Shown here piece after piece: positions 13,464-26,551 of a stretch of DNA of 64,000 nt. The stretch comes from Octopus vulgaris (Eukaryota), in assembly GCA_951406725.2 (NCBI GenBank), contig OX597829.1:15686001-15750000 (forward strand), written 5' to 3'. The notes beneath the pieces were generated by a model. It searched no databases. It was not told where the DNA came from and saw only the letters and a program-made list of their open reading frames with translations. The position numbers and the translations under genes were made by a program. Position 1 is the stretch's first letter, and each line of letters opens with the position of its first letter.

Positions 13464-14849
13464 ACGAGATTACACAGTAAAATCCAAGATGGTAGAGTGC
13501 GAAAAAGTATAAAGTTTCAGTGGTAATCCGGGTGGAGTGATAGTAATTTGGATAAGGAGAAGTACCGAAAGTTGGAGAAGGTAGGAGAGATGAGAGTGCA
13601 AAACAGGAGGAAGTTCAGTCAGGCAGGATAAAATTTGGGTGACCACGTGAGCGCATATAATATATTGCTCAATTTTATAGAAAACAAAAGAAAGACAAAG
13701 ACAGGAGAGGGAACAGCAAGCAAGTATATTAGTTTGACGCTCGAAAAGAATGGAAATGTATTTGACATTTCGAGCCTACGCTCTTTGCATGAAGGCGCTA
13801 GGCATGTTATAAAATGCTGAATTATTTCCTTCGGATGAAACTATATTAGCTCATAAAATATATTAATATACAGTTCTATATTTAAGAGATGAGGAATTAT
13901 GGAGAGAGAAAGAAAATATCAGAGAGAGAAAAATGTGTCCGGATTAATAGTCTAACATGAACGGTTTAACATTTTCATCCGATAGTATTGTTTGACTGCT
14001 ATATCTAATAGGTTCAACAGCTATATAGAGAAACTCAACGATCCAGGCAGTAATTTCCGTTAAAGCTTCCACTCTTTTTTGTTTTTTTCTTTTAAATAAA
14101 ACAATAATCAGTTCTTTTTCTTTAAAATTATATTTTCTCCTTCCTCTCTGAAATTAAGGCTTACAGAATTTACAACTACAACTGTATTTCCCGCCCCCTC
14201 TCCCATAAAAATACTTCATTGCTTGAAATGTATGTATTTTTACATTCACTGAAAGCATTGTTTCACTTTCTGAAATTTAAAGCTTTCAATTTCAATTTCT
14301 TATCGCTATATGTAGGAAAAACACGCAAGCATAGATACGTTGGCCGATAAACCTGTTAGAAGTACCAGCCTAAAAAACCTTAGGAGTCAATAGATAAATG
14401 TAATTCTACATATGCTCTAAAAATACATTTTTATTGTCAGCCGAAATTTATATATTTTTGCATTTATTGAAAACATTTTTCAATTTATGAAATTTTAAAA
14501 TGTCATTGTTTCAGCTCATCTTTCTTAATGCAAAATATAAGAGAAAGATTAAATGAAATATTATCATAAACTTGAAGTGAATAGAAAATGTATTTCAGTT
14601 GAACGAGCACCTTACTAAATAATTCTGTTAAATCAAAACATAAATCATTTTGTAGTTTGGTCAGCTGTATGTTGTTTTGTAGTGGACAGCAGTTTCAATA
14701 ATTCTTCTTTATGGAAACAGAAAAACTTAAATCAACTGAGAGAAAACAAGCGGCTAAAACCCCTGTGCACAGAATTCAGAGCATCAGAATAAACAGATTC
14801 AGTTCAACAAGTTCGTACCCCATGTAGGAAGTCGCTTTGTAGTAGTAGA

Positions 14850-15430
14850 AATAAATAGTGAAATTGTTAAAGGGCCAGGGATGTAACATTGTTCATGGTT
14901 TCAATGACCTCAAAAATGTTGATGCTGATCTTATTAATGAGGAAATACTATAAATATTCCCAGGAGTTGAAAATGTTTTGTTTAGTCAAGATCAATGTTC
15001 ACATCAGGCTAACTCTTGAGAATTCACTACAGAGTACTTAAATACACTAAACGTTTCAGGTTTTGCCATCACACCTATTAAAATTAAATACTTATGATAT
15101 AATTATCATCCGACATACAATTAACCGGGCTAATGGCATGTGTAATGGTACACATTTAGCTATTCAAGATATTCATGCAAAAATCATTAAGGCAAAATTA
15201 TGATTGAAGGCCCACATGACACGGAAAACTTTGTTTATTCCAAGAGCCACTCTATCATCAGTTGGTGTAAAGTTATCATTTACGTTAATTAGACAGCAAT
15301 TTACTATTAAATTAGCAATAGCATTGACAAATAATAAACTGTAAGGACAGACATTTTAGATTAATTTGCATTTAGCAAAACCACTAATTATACACGGGCA
15401 ACTCTACGTTGCCTTATCGAGAATATACTA
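14850..15430 (+). mobile_element. Helitron Rep/Hel PIF1-type helicase C-terminal fragment (degenerate)
   Basis: EYLNTLNVSG (15032), NGMCNGT (15132), RQQF.IKLAIALT.NK..GQT and HGQLYVALSR (15393-15422). Confidence 0.85.
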
Positions 15431-15454
15431 TGTTGAGTATATCTTTATTTTCTG

Positions 15455-15659
15455 TCTCTTATCTTTTACTTGTTACAGTCATTAGACTGCGGTCATGCTG
15501 GAGCATTGCCTTGAATAATTGTTTTAATCGAATGAATAGACACTAGTACTTGTTTTTTATCGTTCTTTTTGCTGAACCGCTGGGTTACGGGGACGTAAAC
15601 ACGCCAATACCGGTTTCCAAGTGATGGTAAGGGACAAACACTGTCACAAAGATACGCAC

Positions 15660-15660
<1 letters not shown>
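15455..15660 (-). mobile_element. CORE-type SINE 3' fragment
   Basis: Reverse complement of the 3' half of the 35531-35949 SINE. Confidence 0.75.
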
Positions 15661-15910
<250 letters not shown>

Positions 15911-15921
15911 TATATATTTAT

Positions 15922-16167
15922 GGAATACGGCACTTTGGTCTAAGGTACTTTTGTCTAAAGGCATTTTCGTCTAAAGACACTTTCGCCTAAGAATTTTCGT
16001 CTGGAAATCAAAAAGATTATTGGAGTATAATTATTTAGATCTTTTACGTTTTTATTTTTGATCTTCTATAGACAAAGTAGTTATTAGGCCAAAGTGAGTG
16101 TAGATAAAAATGTCTTTAGACCATATTGCATTAGACCGAAGTGTTTTAGATGAAAAGTCCTAGATCC
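15922..16167. mobile_element. Foldback/MITE-like element with arrays of ~15-bp subrepeats in inverted orientation
   Basis: The left arm has ~5 units like cactttcgtctaa(a)g and the right arm ~6 reverse-complement units like tagac(c/g)aaagtg. Ends are GG...CC, inside TA-rich flanks. Confidence 0.65.
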
Positions 16168-16200
16168 ATATGTATTTATATTTATATACATTATATATAC

Positions 16201-16245
<45 letters not shown>

Positions 16246-16310
16246 GATGTGTATGTATATATATATATATATGTGTGTGTATATATATGAAAATATATAT
16301 ATGTATATTT

Positions 16311-16353
<43 letters not shown>

Positions 16354-16359
<6 letters not shown>

Positions 16360-16555
16360 ATCCAAACATGAAAACACAACAACACGAGGACGTGGAACAA
16401 ATATAGTATTATTGGACGCTCAGGAAGGAAGGGAAGAAGGAGGGTTTTATGTTTCGAGCGGAGTTCTTTGTCAGAAACATAGGAAAAGGAAAGATCCAGA
16501 GAAAGGAAGACGGAGGAAAAAAATCGCCAACGGTACACACCCGGTCACATTTTGA
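16354..16555 (-). mobile_element. Second copy of the 200-bp hammerhead-bearing repeat (core mutated)
   Basis: Matches 13170-13372, but the core reads CTGACAA...GAAACAT (CpG-type changes) and stem II has a mismatch. Confidence 0.75.
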
Positions 16556-16585
16556 TATATAAATATCCTGTAATCGGTAATAAAA

Positions 16586-16780
16586 GCAGGTTGCTTATAA
16601 GTTCCTGGGTATGGCTAAATGAAAATACAGTAGGATCAGTTAATTATGATTTTATTCAACATATTTCAGATTCACATACTTACTGCAGCGATTCTTCGGG
16701 GTTTTTTTTAGTTCTGTAGAAGGGCGCAGAAGGATTTATCTCAACCAAGCGCTTTGCGACACCCTTCAATCTCGTATAAT
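16586..16780 (-). mobile_element. Mariner-like transposon end fragment
   Basis: TIR-like ggttgcttataagttcctgg followed by the reverse complement of a ...KYVNLKYVE* transposase C-terminus. Confidence 0.55.
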
Positions 16781-17155
16781 CCAGGTCATCTGAAGTCGAA
16801 AGCCGACGTCGTCCATCATCAGACAAATTTGTAAATTAATGGTTGCGTTACCCAGTGAAGATGATATGTTTTTATAGAGTGAAACATAAAATAGCCAGAA
16901 ATATTAGATTATTTATTACAGACTTATAGCAGTTACTACTATGCATTTGGGTGCGTTCATGGTTCAATTTTATCAATCGATTGATTGATAGACTTAAAAT
17001 ATAAGGAACGATCAGGGCAATGATACTTTTGTCAGAGCGAAAGCAAATCGACTGCCTAAGAAACAGAAGAAATGAAAATAAGAGAGATAATGCAAGAGGG
17101 TCAGTGTAGCATTTATAAAGAACTAGGTCGCCTGCTTCTAGCCATCAACGTTAAG

Positions 17156-17556
17156 TGGAGGCGCAATGGCCCAGTGGTTAGGGCAGCGGACTCGCGGTCG
17201 GAGGATCGCGGTTTCCATTCCCAGACTGGGCGTTGTGTGTGTTTATTGAGCGAAAACACCTAAAGCTCCACGAGGCTCTAGCAGGGGGTGGTAGTGACCC
17301 CTGTTGTACTCTTTCGGTACATCTTTCTCTCACTCTTTTTTCCTGTTTCTTATCCCCGACTCCCTACGCAACCGCTGAGCCTGGATGCACATTCATCCAT
17401 CCGTCGATGCTCTCGGTGTCGGGGGTTGACCTGCTTTCTCTTCTGCGGGTCTTACGAAAAGCAAAGGACCATGTTTCGGACTTCTCCCACTACAGAGGCG
17501 CGATCTTGCGAGCTCTGAGACGAAGACCACTTCGCTCCACAGCAACAGTAACAGCA
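17156..17556 (+). mobile_element. tRNA-derived SINE (second family), long-tail variant with 14-bp TSD
   Basis: A box TGGCCCAGTGG, B-box-like GGTTTCCATTCC, (CAGCAA)-like tail. TSD ccatcaac(g/t)ttaag at 17142-17155 and 17557-17570. Confidence 0.85.
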
Positions 17557-17874
17557 CCATCAACTTTAAGCTATTGTTATCTCTTACCACTGGTGAATAG
17601 GTTTGACATCCAGTAAAGAAATTAGACACCCTACAACCTCTTTATAGTCTGTGGTAGGCTTTTGGAGTTTTCTACTATATTTTTGAAAATTATGTTAGAT
17701 CAGTGGCAGGGGCTTCTGGCATTTACTATTATATTTTTGTAAGCAATGTGAGCAGGGAATGTTTGGAAGCATATACACCAAGAGTGGGGAAAAGTATCAT
17801 AGTTATAAGTTTGGGATTATGAAGGATAAGCCAACAATTTAGATATCACTATGGAATCAGCGACACCGCTTTTG

Positions 17875-18070
17875 TCCTTTATCTTGTACTTTTACTTGTT
17901 TCAGTCACTAGGCTACAACCATGCTGGGGCATCGCCTTGAGCAATTAATTTTAGTCGAATGAATCGATCCCAGTACGTTTTTAAGCCGGGTACTTATTCT
18001 ACCGGTCTTTGGCTGAACCGCTAAACACCAGTCGTCAAGCGGTGGTAGGGGACAATCATAGACAAACACA
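17875..18070 (-). mobile_element. CORE-type SINE 3' fragment
   Basis: ttttacttgtttcagtca...gctgaaccgcta matches the family. Confidence 0.7.
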
Positions 18071-18083
18071 CACATGCTTATTA

Positions 18084-18120
<37 letters not shown>

Positions 18121-18122
<2 letters not shown>

Positions 18123-19616
18123 CGGTCTTTCTCGCCCGCCTTTTAAGGCTACTGGACGACTTTTCCTGCTCTCTCGTCGTTCACAAAAAATTCAGCGTTT
18201 GCAATACTTTTTTCGTTCGGCGTCAACAGCCCTTCTTATCTTGTTCTCCCTGTCCTGTCTTTTACTGTTATATATATTTTTTTTTACTGTTTATATATAT
18301 ATATTTTTACTGTTTATATTTTTGTACTGTCGTTACTGTCTCGTTTTTTTACCATTTTTTTACCATTTTTTACCCCTCTGCGAAAAGATCTCAGAATTTT
18401 AATTGATTTGCTTTTCGCAGGAAGGAAAGTTTCTTGTCGAAGATACGTCTCGCTTTTATCCTTCGAAACGTAGAGTAGATGAAACCTTAGCGACTGAAGA
18501 AGGGGTTTTTTCGTTATGTTAACTGTCCTGTACTCCATTTTTTGTTGTTTTTTTAAAAAATGTCCTGTTCCTTTGGTTTGTGCCTATGTTTTCGTTTCTC
18601 TATGTGTTCGACGTCCCTTTGGTGTCCTGTACTCATATATGCGTGTATATGTAGATGTAGAGGTAGGTACGTACATATATGTTTATATATATGCATATGT
18701 TTTATTTCTTTTATTAATATATTATACGACTAAACGCACGCACCCTCTTAAGTAAGATTGTTCTGTATATCAAGTTTCGCCTTGATATTAACTCCCACGC
18801 GCACTCTGCTCTTTCTTTCTTTCTTTCTTTCTTTCTATCCCTTTTCGTCTTTTTTCCCTCACTTAACTTGTCTCTTCCTCTCTCTCTCATTCTTCATTCT
18901 CTCTCTCCCCCTCACCATTCTTCATGGTCTCCTCGCACCATTCCCTTTCTTCTCTCCCTTCCTCTTGCTCCTCCTCCCCCATTCCCGTCGTCCATCTGCG
19001 ACGATACTTCCGCCGTAACTGCTAACGGTCTTTCTCGCCCGCCTTTTAAGGCTACTGGACGACTTTTCCTGCTCTCTCGTCGTTCACAAAAAATTCAGCG
19101 TTTGCAATACTTTTTTCGTTCGGCGTCAACAGCCCTTCTTATCTTGTTCTCCCTGTCCTGTCTTTTACTGTTATATATATTTTTTTTTTACTGTTTATAT
19201 ATATATTTTTTTACTGTTTATATTTTTGTACTGTCGTTACTGTCTCGTTTTTTTACCATTTTTTTACCATTTTTTACCCTTCTGCGAAAAGATCTCAGAA
19301 TTTTAATTGATTTGCTTTTCGCAGGAAGGAAAGTTTCTTGTCGAAGATACGTCTCGCTTTTATCCTTCGAAACGTAGAGTAGATGAAACCTTAGCGACTG
19401 AAGAAGGGGTTTTTTCGTTGTGTTAACTGTCCTGTACTCCATTTTTTGTTGTTTTTAAAAAAATGTCCTGTTCCTTTGGTTTGTGCCTATGTTTTCGTTT
19501 CTCTATGTGTTCGACGTCCCTTTGGTGTCCTGTACTCATATATGCGTGTATATGTAGATGTAGAGGTAGGTACGTACATATATGTTTATATATATGCATA
19601 TGTTTTATTTCTTTTA

Positions 19617-19622
<6 letters not shown>
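18121..19622 (+). mobile_element. Partial tandem (600 bp + 900 bp) of a Penelope-like 3' end/pLTR
   Basis: 18121-18722 is nearly identical to 19024-19622. Its 3' part is homologous to the 3' end (20110-20290, minus strand) of the Penelope element. 18750-18795 resembles the K..L.IKF...IN end of a GIY-YIG ORF. Confidence 0.7.
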
Positions 19623-19661
<39 letters not shown>

Positions 19662-19663
<2 letters not shown>

Positions 19664-19966
19664 CGTGATCACGTCACGTGACCGACCAGGCTATCAGATG
19701 TTGCTACACATCGCTGGTCATAATGCGTTTCGCATTGTTTTAGCCTTCAAATGACGCCACCCCGCTGGCAGCAGGTCAACAGAAGAAAGAGTGAGAGAAA
19801 TTTGTGGTAAAAGAGTACAGTAGGGATCACCCCCCCCCCCCTCTGCCAGAGACTCGTGGAGCTTTAGGTGTTTTCGCTCAATAAATACTCACAACGCCCG
19901 GTCTGGGAATCGAAACTGCGATCCTACGACTGCGAGTCCGCTGCCCTGACCACTGGGCACCTCCAC
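19662..19966 (-). mobile_element. tRNA-derived SINE (second family), short-tail variant
   Basis: Reverse complement of 22885-23182; CACGTG-containing tail. Confidence 0.88.
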
Positions 19967-19967
19967 G

Positions 19968-20072
<105 letters not shown>

Positions 20073-20075
20073 TTT

Positions 20076-20109
<34 letters not shown>

Positions 20110-20110
<1 letters not shown>

Positions 20111-22750
20111 GCATATATGGGTACAGGACTCAAAAAAAAAACGTCGAACACAATGAGAAACGAAAACATAAACACAAAAGCAAGGAACTGGTCATTTTTC
20201 TGAAACAACGAAAAAATAGAGTACAAGACATACAACACAAGGAAAATTCCCTTTCTTCAGCCGCCTCTCTTTCAACTACTCCGCGTATGCCTTCGTTTCA
20301 TATAGTTTAATATCTTTTTATAAATATATAATATATACATATTATATGGATGTCATGAAGTTCAACCTGTTTTCGCTATTTAAATTGGTTTTTCAAGGGA
20401 CATTGTACAGTAGTCAATTCTGGTGACAAAGGGGTCTCGTCATTTTGGATGTCTGAAAAATAATAATGAGTCTAGAGAGTGAACCAAGGGAGGCAACAGG
20501 TGGCAAGGGGGACAACTGGCTCCATAGTATAATTTTTAAAATCTTCAAATTTGTATATTGAGGTGTGGTCGGTACTATTGTATGAACAGGTTTTCCTTGT
20601 TTAGGCGTTCTTGTACTGAGATTGAATCTTTGCATTGGTATAATGGGAAGATATGAAAGTTCGGCGTTTCATTATTTGCGCATCTGTCGATATGTCCGCT
20701 CAGTGCTATCTGCCTGTATTGAGGGAAACGAATCTGTTCTTTATGCAGCGTGACTCTGCATCTCAAAGTAAGGCTCATAGATAAGGTTCTGGGAAGCACA
20801 TGTGAAGTTGGTCTTAACTAAGAATTATTGTCCTTGCTGGAATGTGAATTCCGACCCTTCAAGTTAGGTGTGGGCATGTACCACAATTAGGTCGTCTGCA
20901 TTTTTTAACTGTGGGTATCGTATGTATTGAGTATAGTTTTGCATTTATTAGGAGTCTCTTGAGTGATTTGTCTTGTCTTTTGCATTTTAGTAATTTGTAT
21001 GTATTTAGGATGCTGTTCATTTTCGGGTCTTGAGTGAGCAGAGGGAGATTTTGTATAATTGTGTTGTATGCTTCATTGTTTCTGGGGTTGTGGGTTGATA
21101 TTTATGGGAGTGCTTTAAGGTGAGGTGTGGTGTTTTGTTTGTTGTCCTTAGTGTGTTTATGTCCAACTTATTGGCACGTTTAATTCCATGTTCTATATGT
21201 GCGGGAGGATATTGACGTTGAGTGAGTGTTATTTTGAGTTCTTGTAGGCATAGTTCTCTAATGGTTGTGTCAGATACAATTGTACAGATCCTTTTTGCTA
21301 GATTGAATGGGATATTGATTTTGGTGTGCTTAGGATGGCATGAATTAAAAAGGAGATACCGTCTTGTGGTTGTTGGTTTGTAGATGTCAGTTGCAGTTTC
21401 GTTGTTGGACTTTTTTAAATCAAAATGTCCAGAAATGGGAGCTGTTCCTTGCTATATTCCATTGAAAATTGGATGTTGGAGTTTATATCGTTCAGCGTGG
21501 ATTTGAAATCCAGGAGTTAATCATAGGTTTCATTCCAGATTATAAAACAATCGTCTAGGTACCTTTTCTAGTTTTCCCTTATATACTAGTGGAATACAGT
21601 TCCAAATTTTAGAGCGAAAATTCATATAGGGTAGATTCAAAGAAACACATTATTAGGTTCGCAAGGACAGGCGCTGCTTTCGTTCATATCGCAATGTCGC
21701 ATTTTTGGCGCTAGTATGATAATCGGATAGAAAGTAATTGCTTCGTAGAATGAACTTCAGGAATTTAATGACAAAAGTCTGGTTTATGCGGTCCGAGAGA
21801 ACTTCGGGGTATTTTTCTAACCAGAATTTTATTGCCTCTATTCCGTAGTCATGTGGAATGTTAGTGTAGAGGTTGATGACATCGAAGGAGACTAAAAGAG
21901 CTTCTTCGGTGGTGGCTTTTGGTAGATTCTCTAGCATGTCCATATAATCTCTCACGAAACTGTTAATGTATTTGAGGAAAGGTTTCAATAGTATGTCCAG
22001 AAAGTTGCTTAGGCGGTGTATTTCACACGTTGGGCCAGCAATACTAGTCCTTAATTTTAAGTTTTCTAGTGTTGGGATATTTATGTATAGACCTGGGTTT
22101 GATTTGCAGGCATTAGTAATTATTTAACTCTTGTGGATTTAGGGGTGGCCATAGAAAAGGCTTGGTTTACATTTGAAGTTTGTGATGTAGTTTTTCCCTT
22201 TTTCTGTGAGGTCTTTTCCATGTTTGAGTATTTTCATAAAAGAAGTCATTTTCTAGTGTGGACAATGCTAGGGTTTTATAGTATTCTGTGTCCATTAGGA
22301 CTACAGTACTACCTTTGTCTGCTTCTTTGATTGTCAGGTCTTAGTCATTTTTTAGTTGTAATAGGTGCTTCCATTGTAGATTGTTGAAGTTTGGTACAAT
22401 TTTTGGTTTATAGATAGTGTGGGGAAAATTCTAGAAACGGTTGCAGAAGTCGCCTAGCGTTTTATTCCTTCCTGTGGGTGGTAGATAATTACTTTTGTTT
22501 TTCACTAGCGATTCGTCATCGATGTTGTAGTTGGTGAGTGCTTCTGACAATCGAAGTTTTCTACAGAATTCTGTAATATCAATCTTTAATTTCATTGGCG
22601 TTGGGTCTACGTGGAGTGGGTGTAAATTTTAAACCTTTAGCTAAAATATGGATTTTTGTTGTGGAGAGAGTTTGCTTACATAAATTGATTATTTTGGGTT
22701 TCTCCCCTTAGATATGTCCCAACTCATGTCCCTGTATCTCTCTACTCTGA

Positions 22751-22829
<79 letters not shown>

Positions 22830-22830
22830 C

Positions 22831-22884
<54 letters not shown>

Positions 22885-23600
22885 GTGGAGGCGCAATGGC
22901 CCAGTGGTTAGGGCAGCGGACTCGCGGTCGTAGGATCGCGGTTGCGATTCCCAGACCGGGCGTTCTGAGTGTTTATTGAGCGAAAACACCTAAAAAGCTC
23001 CACGGGTGGTGGCGACCTCTGTTGTACTCTTTCGCCACAACTTTCTCTCACTCTTTCTTCTGTTGGCCTGCTCGCTTAGCCAGCGGGATGGCGTCATTCG
23101 AAGGCTAAGACAATGCGAAGCGCATTGTGACCAGCGAAGTGTAGCAACATCTGATGGTCTGGTCGGTCACGTGATCACGTGATTATTATTATTATTCCTA
23201 GTCCTGAGGTGTTTATTATTTTTTTTCCTATTATTGGGTGGTTCTTATCGGTATTTCCTATTAATGGGGGATTCCTTTTTGTAAGGAAGTGGTGGTGGCT
23301 AGCTTCCCAGTGGTGGGATAGTTTTGTGTGTATGTGTTGGAAGTTTGATCTGGGTGTACGATTATTGGTTTCTGTGAATGTATTTGTTTGGGATTTTTTT
23401 TTAAGGGGTAGTCTGAGGCGTAGTCTTTTTTGAATTGAGATTCGTAGTTGAGGAAAAAAATGATATTGTTTTCCCATCGTTGTACTGAAATAATATCTTC
23501 CGATTCACAGACGTCTTTCCATAGTTTAATAACAGTTTTTAGAAGTTGTTCAATGGCATGTATCGTGAATTCTGTGTTCATCTCGTCATCGATCGTTATA
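20110..23600 (-). mobile_element. Degenerate Penelope-like retroelement (RT + GIY-YIG), interrupted by (TAA)n and a SINE
   Basis: LVSFDVINLYTNIP (ORF 21653-21988), YLDDCFI (21541-21561), FTCASQNLIYE and HKEQIRFPQYRQIALSGHID (20680-20810). The 5' extension beyond 22740 is less certain. Confidence 0.88.
22885..23182 (+). mobile_element. tRNA-derived SINE (second family), short-tail variant
   Basis: ggaggcgcaatggcccagtggttagggcagcggactcgcggtcg head; ends ggtcacgtgatcacgtga; lies within (TTA)n. Confidence 0.9.
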
Positions 23601-24239
23601 TATTTTTGTTTATGATTCTTAGCTCTGATCTCCTTTCCTTGTGCCTTCTCTCAACTTATTTGATAAGAAAATGTTCCTTTTATTTTCTGGTTTTTTTTTT
23701 ATTCCCATGTATCCATTCATTCCCTTGCTTTTCCCATTTTATTTTCATTTTCTTATTTTCCTTTTTGTTTTATTGTTGTTTTGTTTTGCTTTGATTCAAT
23801 TCGTTTTTTTTTGGGGGGGGGGTTACACTTTTTACTTAGCACTTGTGTAATTTACTTATTTTAGTAGCTGTGATGAAGGCATTATTGCCAGGGTCATTCC
23901 TTATATTTTCAGTTGATCAATCGATCGATTGATAAAATTGAACCATGACCGCACCCAAATTCGTATCTGAGTCAATCGTGAGCCTGTAATAGATAAATAA
24001 ACGCATATAACCTGTTATTTCTGTTTCATGTGTGTGTATGTATGTATGTATGTATGTATGTGTGTATGAATGTATGTATGTGTGTGTGTCTGTGTGTGTG
24101 TCTATATGTATTACGTATGCATGTATGTGTGTATGTATGTGTGCTTGTATGTAGGTATGTATGCATGTATGCATGCATGTATGTAAGTATGTATGTATGT
24201 ATGTATATGTGTATGTATGTACTATGTAAATGTGGTGTC

Positions 24240-24500
24240 TGTGTGTGTATACTTATAACCTCGCTGGTCAAATATGCGCATTTGTCTATTTGAGTCTTTG
24301 TGTTTGGCCTTCCTACCGCTTGACGACCGGTGTTTATTCGTTAACATCCCAGTAACTTAACAGTTCGGCAAGACCGATAGAATAAATAACAGACTTTTTC
24401 AGAAACAGACATAATTCCTAGAGTCTATTTATTCGGCGAAACCTTAAAGGTGGCGCCCCAGCTTGGCCACAGTCCAATGACTCAATCAATTAAACGATAA
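24240..24500 (+). mobile_element. Degenerate CORE-type SINE 3' half
   Basis: aacttaacagttcggcaagaccgatagaataa...ggccacagtccaatgact. Confidence 0.65.
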
Positions 24501-25306
24501 AATATATATTAAACATATGTACATGCGTGCATAAAAATATAGACACACATCAATGCATAGAGACACATATATGTGTGTGTGTGTGTATTTGTTTTTATGT
24601 GTGTGTTTACATCTGTCTGTGTGTATGTGCGTTTGTATGAATATGTGTGGTTTCTTGGCTTTATTTATTAATCTATTTATTCATTTCTCACAAATACCGA
24701 AAGAGTTGGTTTTTAGCCAAGAAACGAGCTCTTTCATTGCAATTTAGACCACATCAGCGAGATAACTTTATAAGTTTGTACGTATGCATGTATGTACGCA
24801 TATATGTACGTATATATGTACATCTGTAGGTACGTATATATGTATGTATGCATATATGTATGTTATTAGTTTGATTTCTAGATTTCTTGCCAATGGTGAA
24901 AGAGCCGGTTTCTAACCCAGATCCAACGCTTCTTCATTGGAATTTCAATAACATTAACAGGGTAGGTATACATGATCTGATAATTACCGTTTTAACAGGT
25001 ATAGTTTCTTGGCTACAGTATGTATCATCGATGGATAACGTGATAACACTTTTCGGGCTGCTGGTTATGATGTTGGTGATATTTTCCATGTTAAGTCCAC
25101 AAAGTCTGTATCGGTTATCATATTTTGGTGTTTCTTGCGTCCCTGTCCCTTTTGTGCACCAGGGTTTCTTTCTCCTGTAACTGAATTAGTACCCTACAAC
25201 TTGAAAATTGGTAATCTGGTGATTGTTACTATCCTGGAGCTTTCTACTAACATATCCATGTATGGTTTTCTTCTGATATGCACTCTTCTTTTCATGTGAA
25301 TATATA

Positions 25307-25532
25307 AGGCGACGAGCTGGCAGAAACGTTTGCACGCCGGGCGAAATGCGTAGCCGTATTTCGTCTGCTGCTACGTTCTGAGTTCAAATTCAGCCGAGGT
25401 CGACTTTGCTTTTCATCCTTTCGGGATCGATAAATTAAGTACCAGTTACTGGGTTGATGTAATCGACTTAATCCGTTTGTCTGTCCTTGTTTGTCCCCTC
25501 TATGTTTATCCCCTTGTGGGTAGTAAAGAAAC
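25307..25532 (+). mobile_element. Nin-like SINE, full length
   Basis: Family consensus match. Confidence 0.9.
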
Positions 25533-26147
25533 AGATATATGGCAGTAGAGTCGTGCAATTTTGGAACATGTATTCAAGGTAATCAGACAAAGAATGTTAC
25601 TCGAAGAGCAACTTTCCAAGTCTTATAAAGTTATCAGCATTGTGTATGCAGACTTGGTCAAGAGATGCCCTTTGCCACCTGGTGGTTAAAAGATACATTC
25701 AAAAGCAGTCTGGATCATTGTTAAGCATCTACCTCCGTGTTTTTATTTAGGCAGAGTTGGTCTATGCCATTGTTGATGGGAAACATAGTGTTAGTCCCTA
25801 TTTTCGGGTAATTTTCATGAATGGCTCAGGTCTCGTCAAGTAGTTAAAATGTTGGTATAGGTATTGGTACTGCAGACACATTGTGGACCACTGCCTTATT
25901 GTACACTGAGAGTCCCAATGCTCATATTTTACAATCTAGCTCTTATATTATTTAGTAACCCGTTGCTGGTTACAGTTGCCGTCGTAAGATGTGTCTTCAT
26001 CTTCTCCTAAATACCTATAACACTCCCCATCAAATATAGAGGTCACAGTCGACCAATTGATGAAAATGCTGCTATTCTGACTTACAGTTTCCTCCCTGTT
26101 CACAACCATATAGGAACATTTATTCTGACCAAATGCCAATCTTATAT

Positions 26148-26551
26148 CCTTTACTCTTTTATTCTTTTACTTGTTTCAGTCATCTGACTGCGGCCATGCT
26201 AGAGCAACGCCTTTTTTTTTTAATCGAGCAACTCGACCCCGGGACTTATTCTTTTGTAAGCCAAGTACTTATTCTATCGGTCTCTTTTGCCGAACCGCTA
26301 AGTAACGGGGACATAAACACACCAGCATCGGTTGTCAAGCAATACTAGGGGGACAAACACAGACACACAAGCACACACACGCATATATATATATACATAT
26401 ATACGACGGGCTTCTTTCAGTTTCCGTCTACCAAATCCACTCACCCGAGGCTATAGTAGAAGACACTTGCCCAAGGTGCCACGCAGTGGGACTGAACCCG
26501 AAATCATGTGGTTGGTAAACAAGCTACTTACCACACAGCCACTCCTGCGCC
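26148..26551 (-). mobile_element. tRNA-derived CORE-type SINE, near full length
   Basis: Minus strand ggcgcaggagtggctgtgtggtaag...GGTTCAGTCCC...gcaccttgggcaagt (CORE-like motif). Confidence 0.88.

Noticed and set aside
15922-16167. CRISPR-like array
   Set aside because: Units are ~15 bp, degenerate, without unique spacers and in inverted arms; eukaryotic context with no cas genes.
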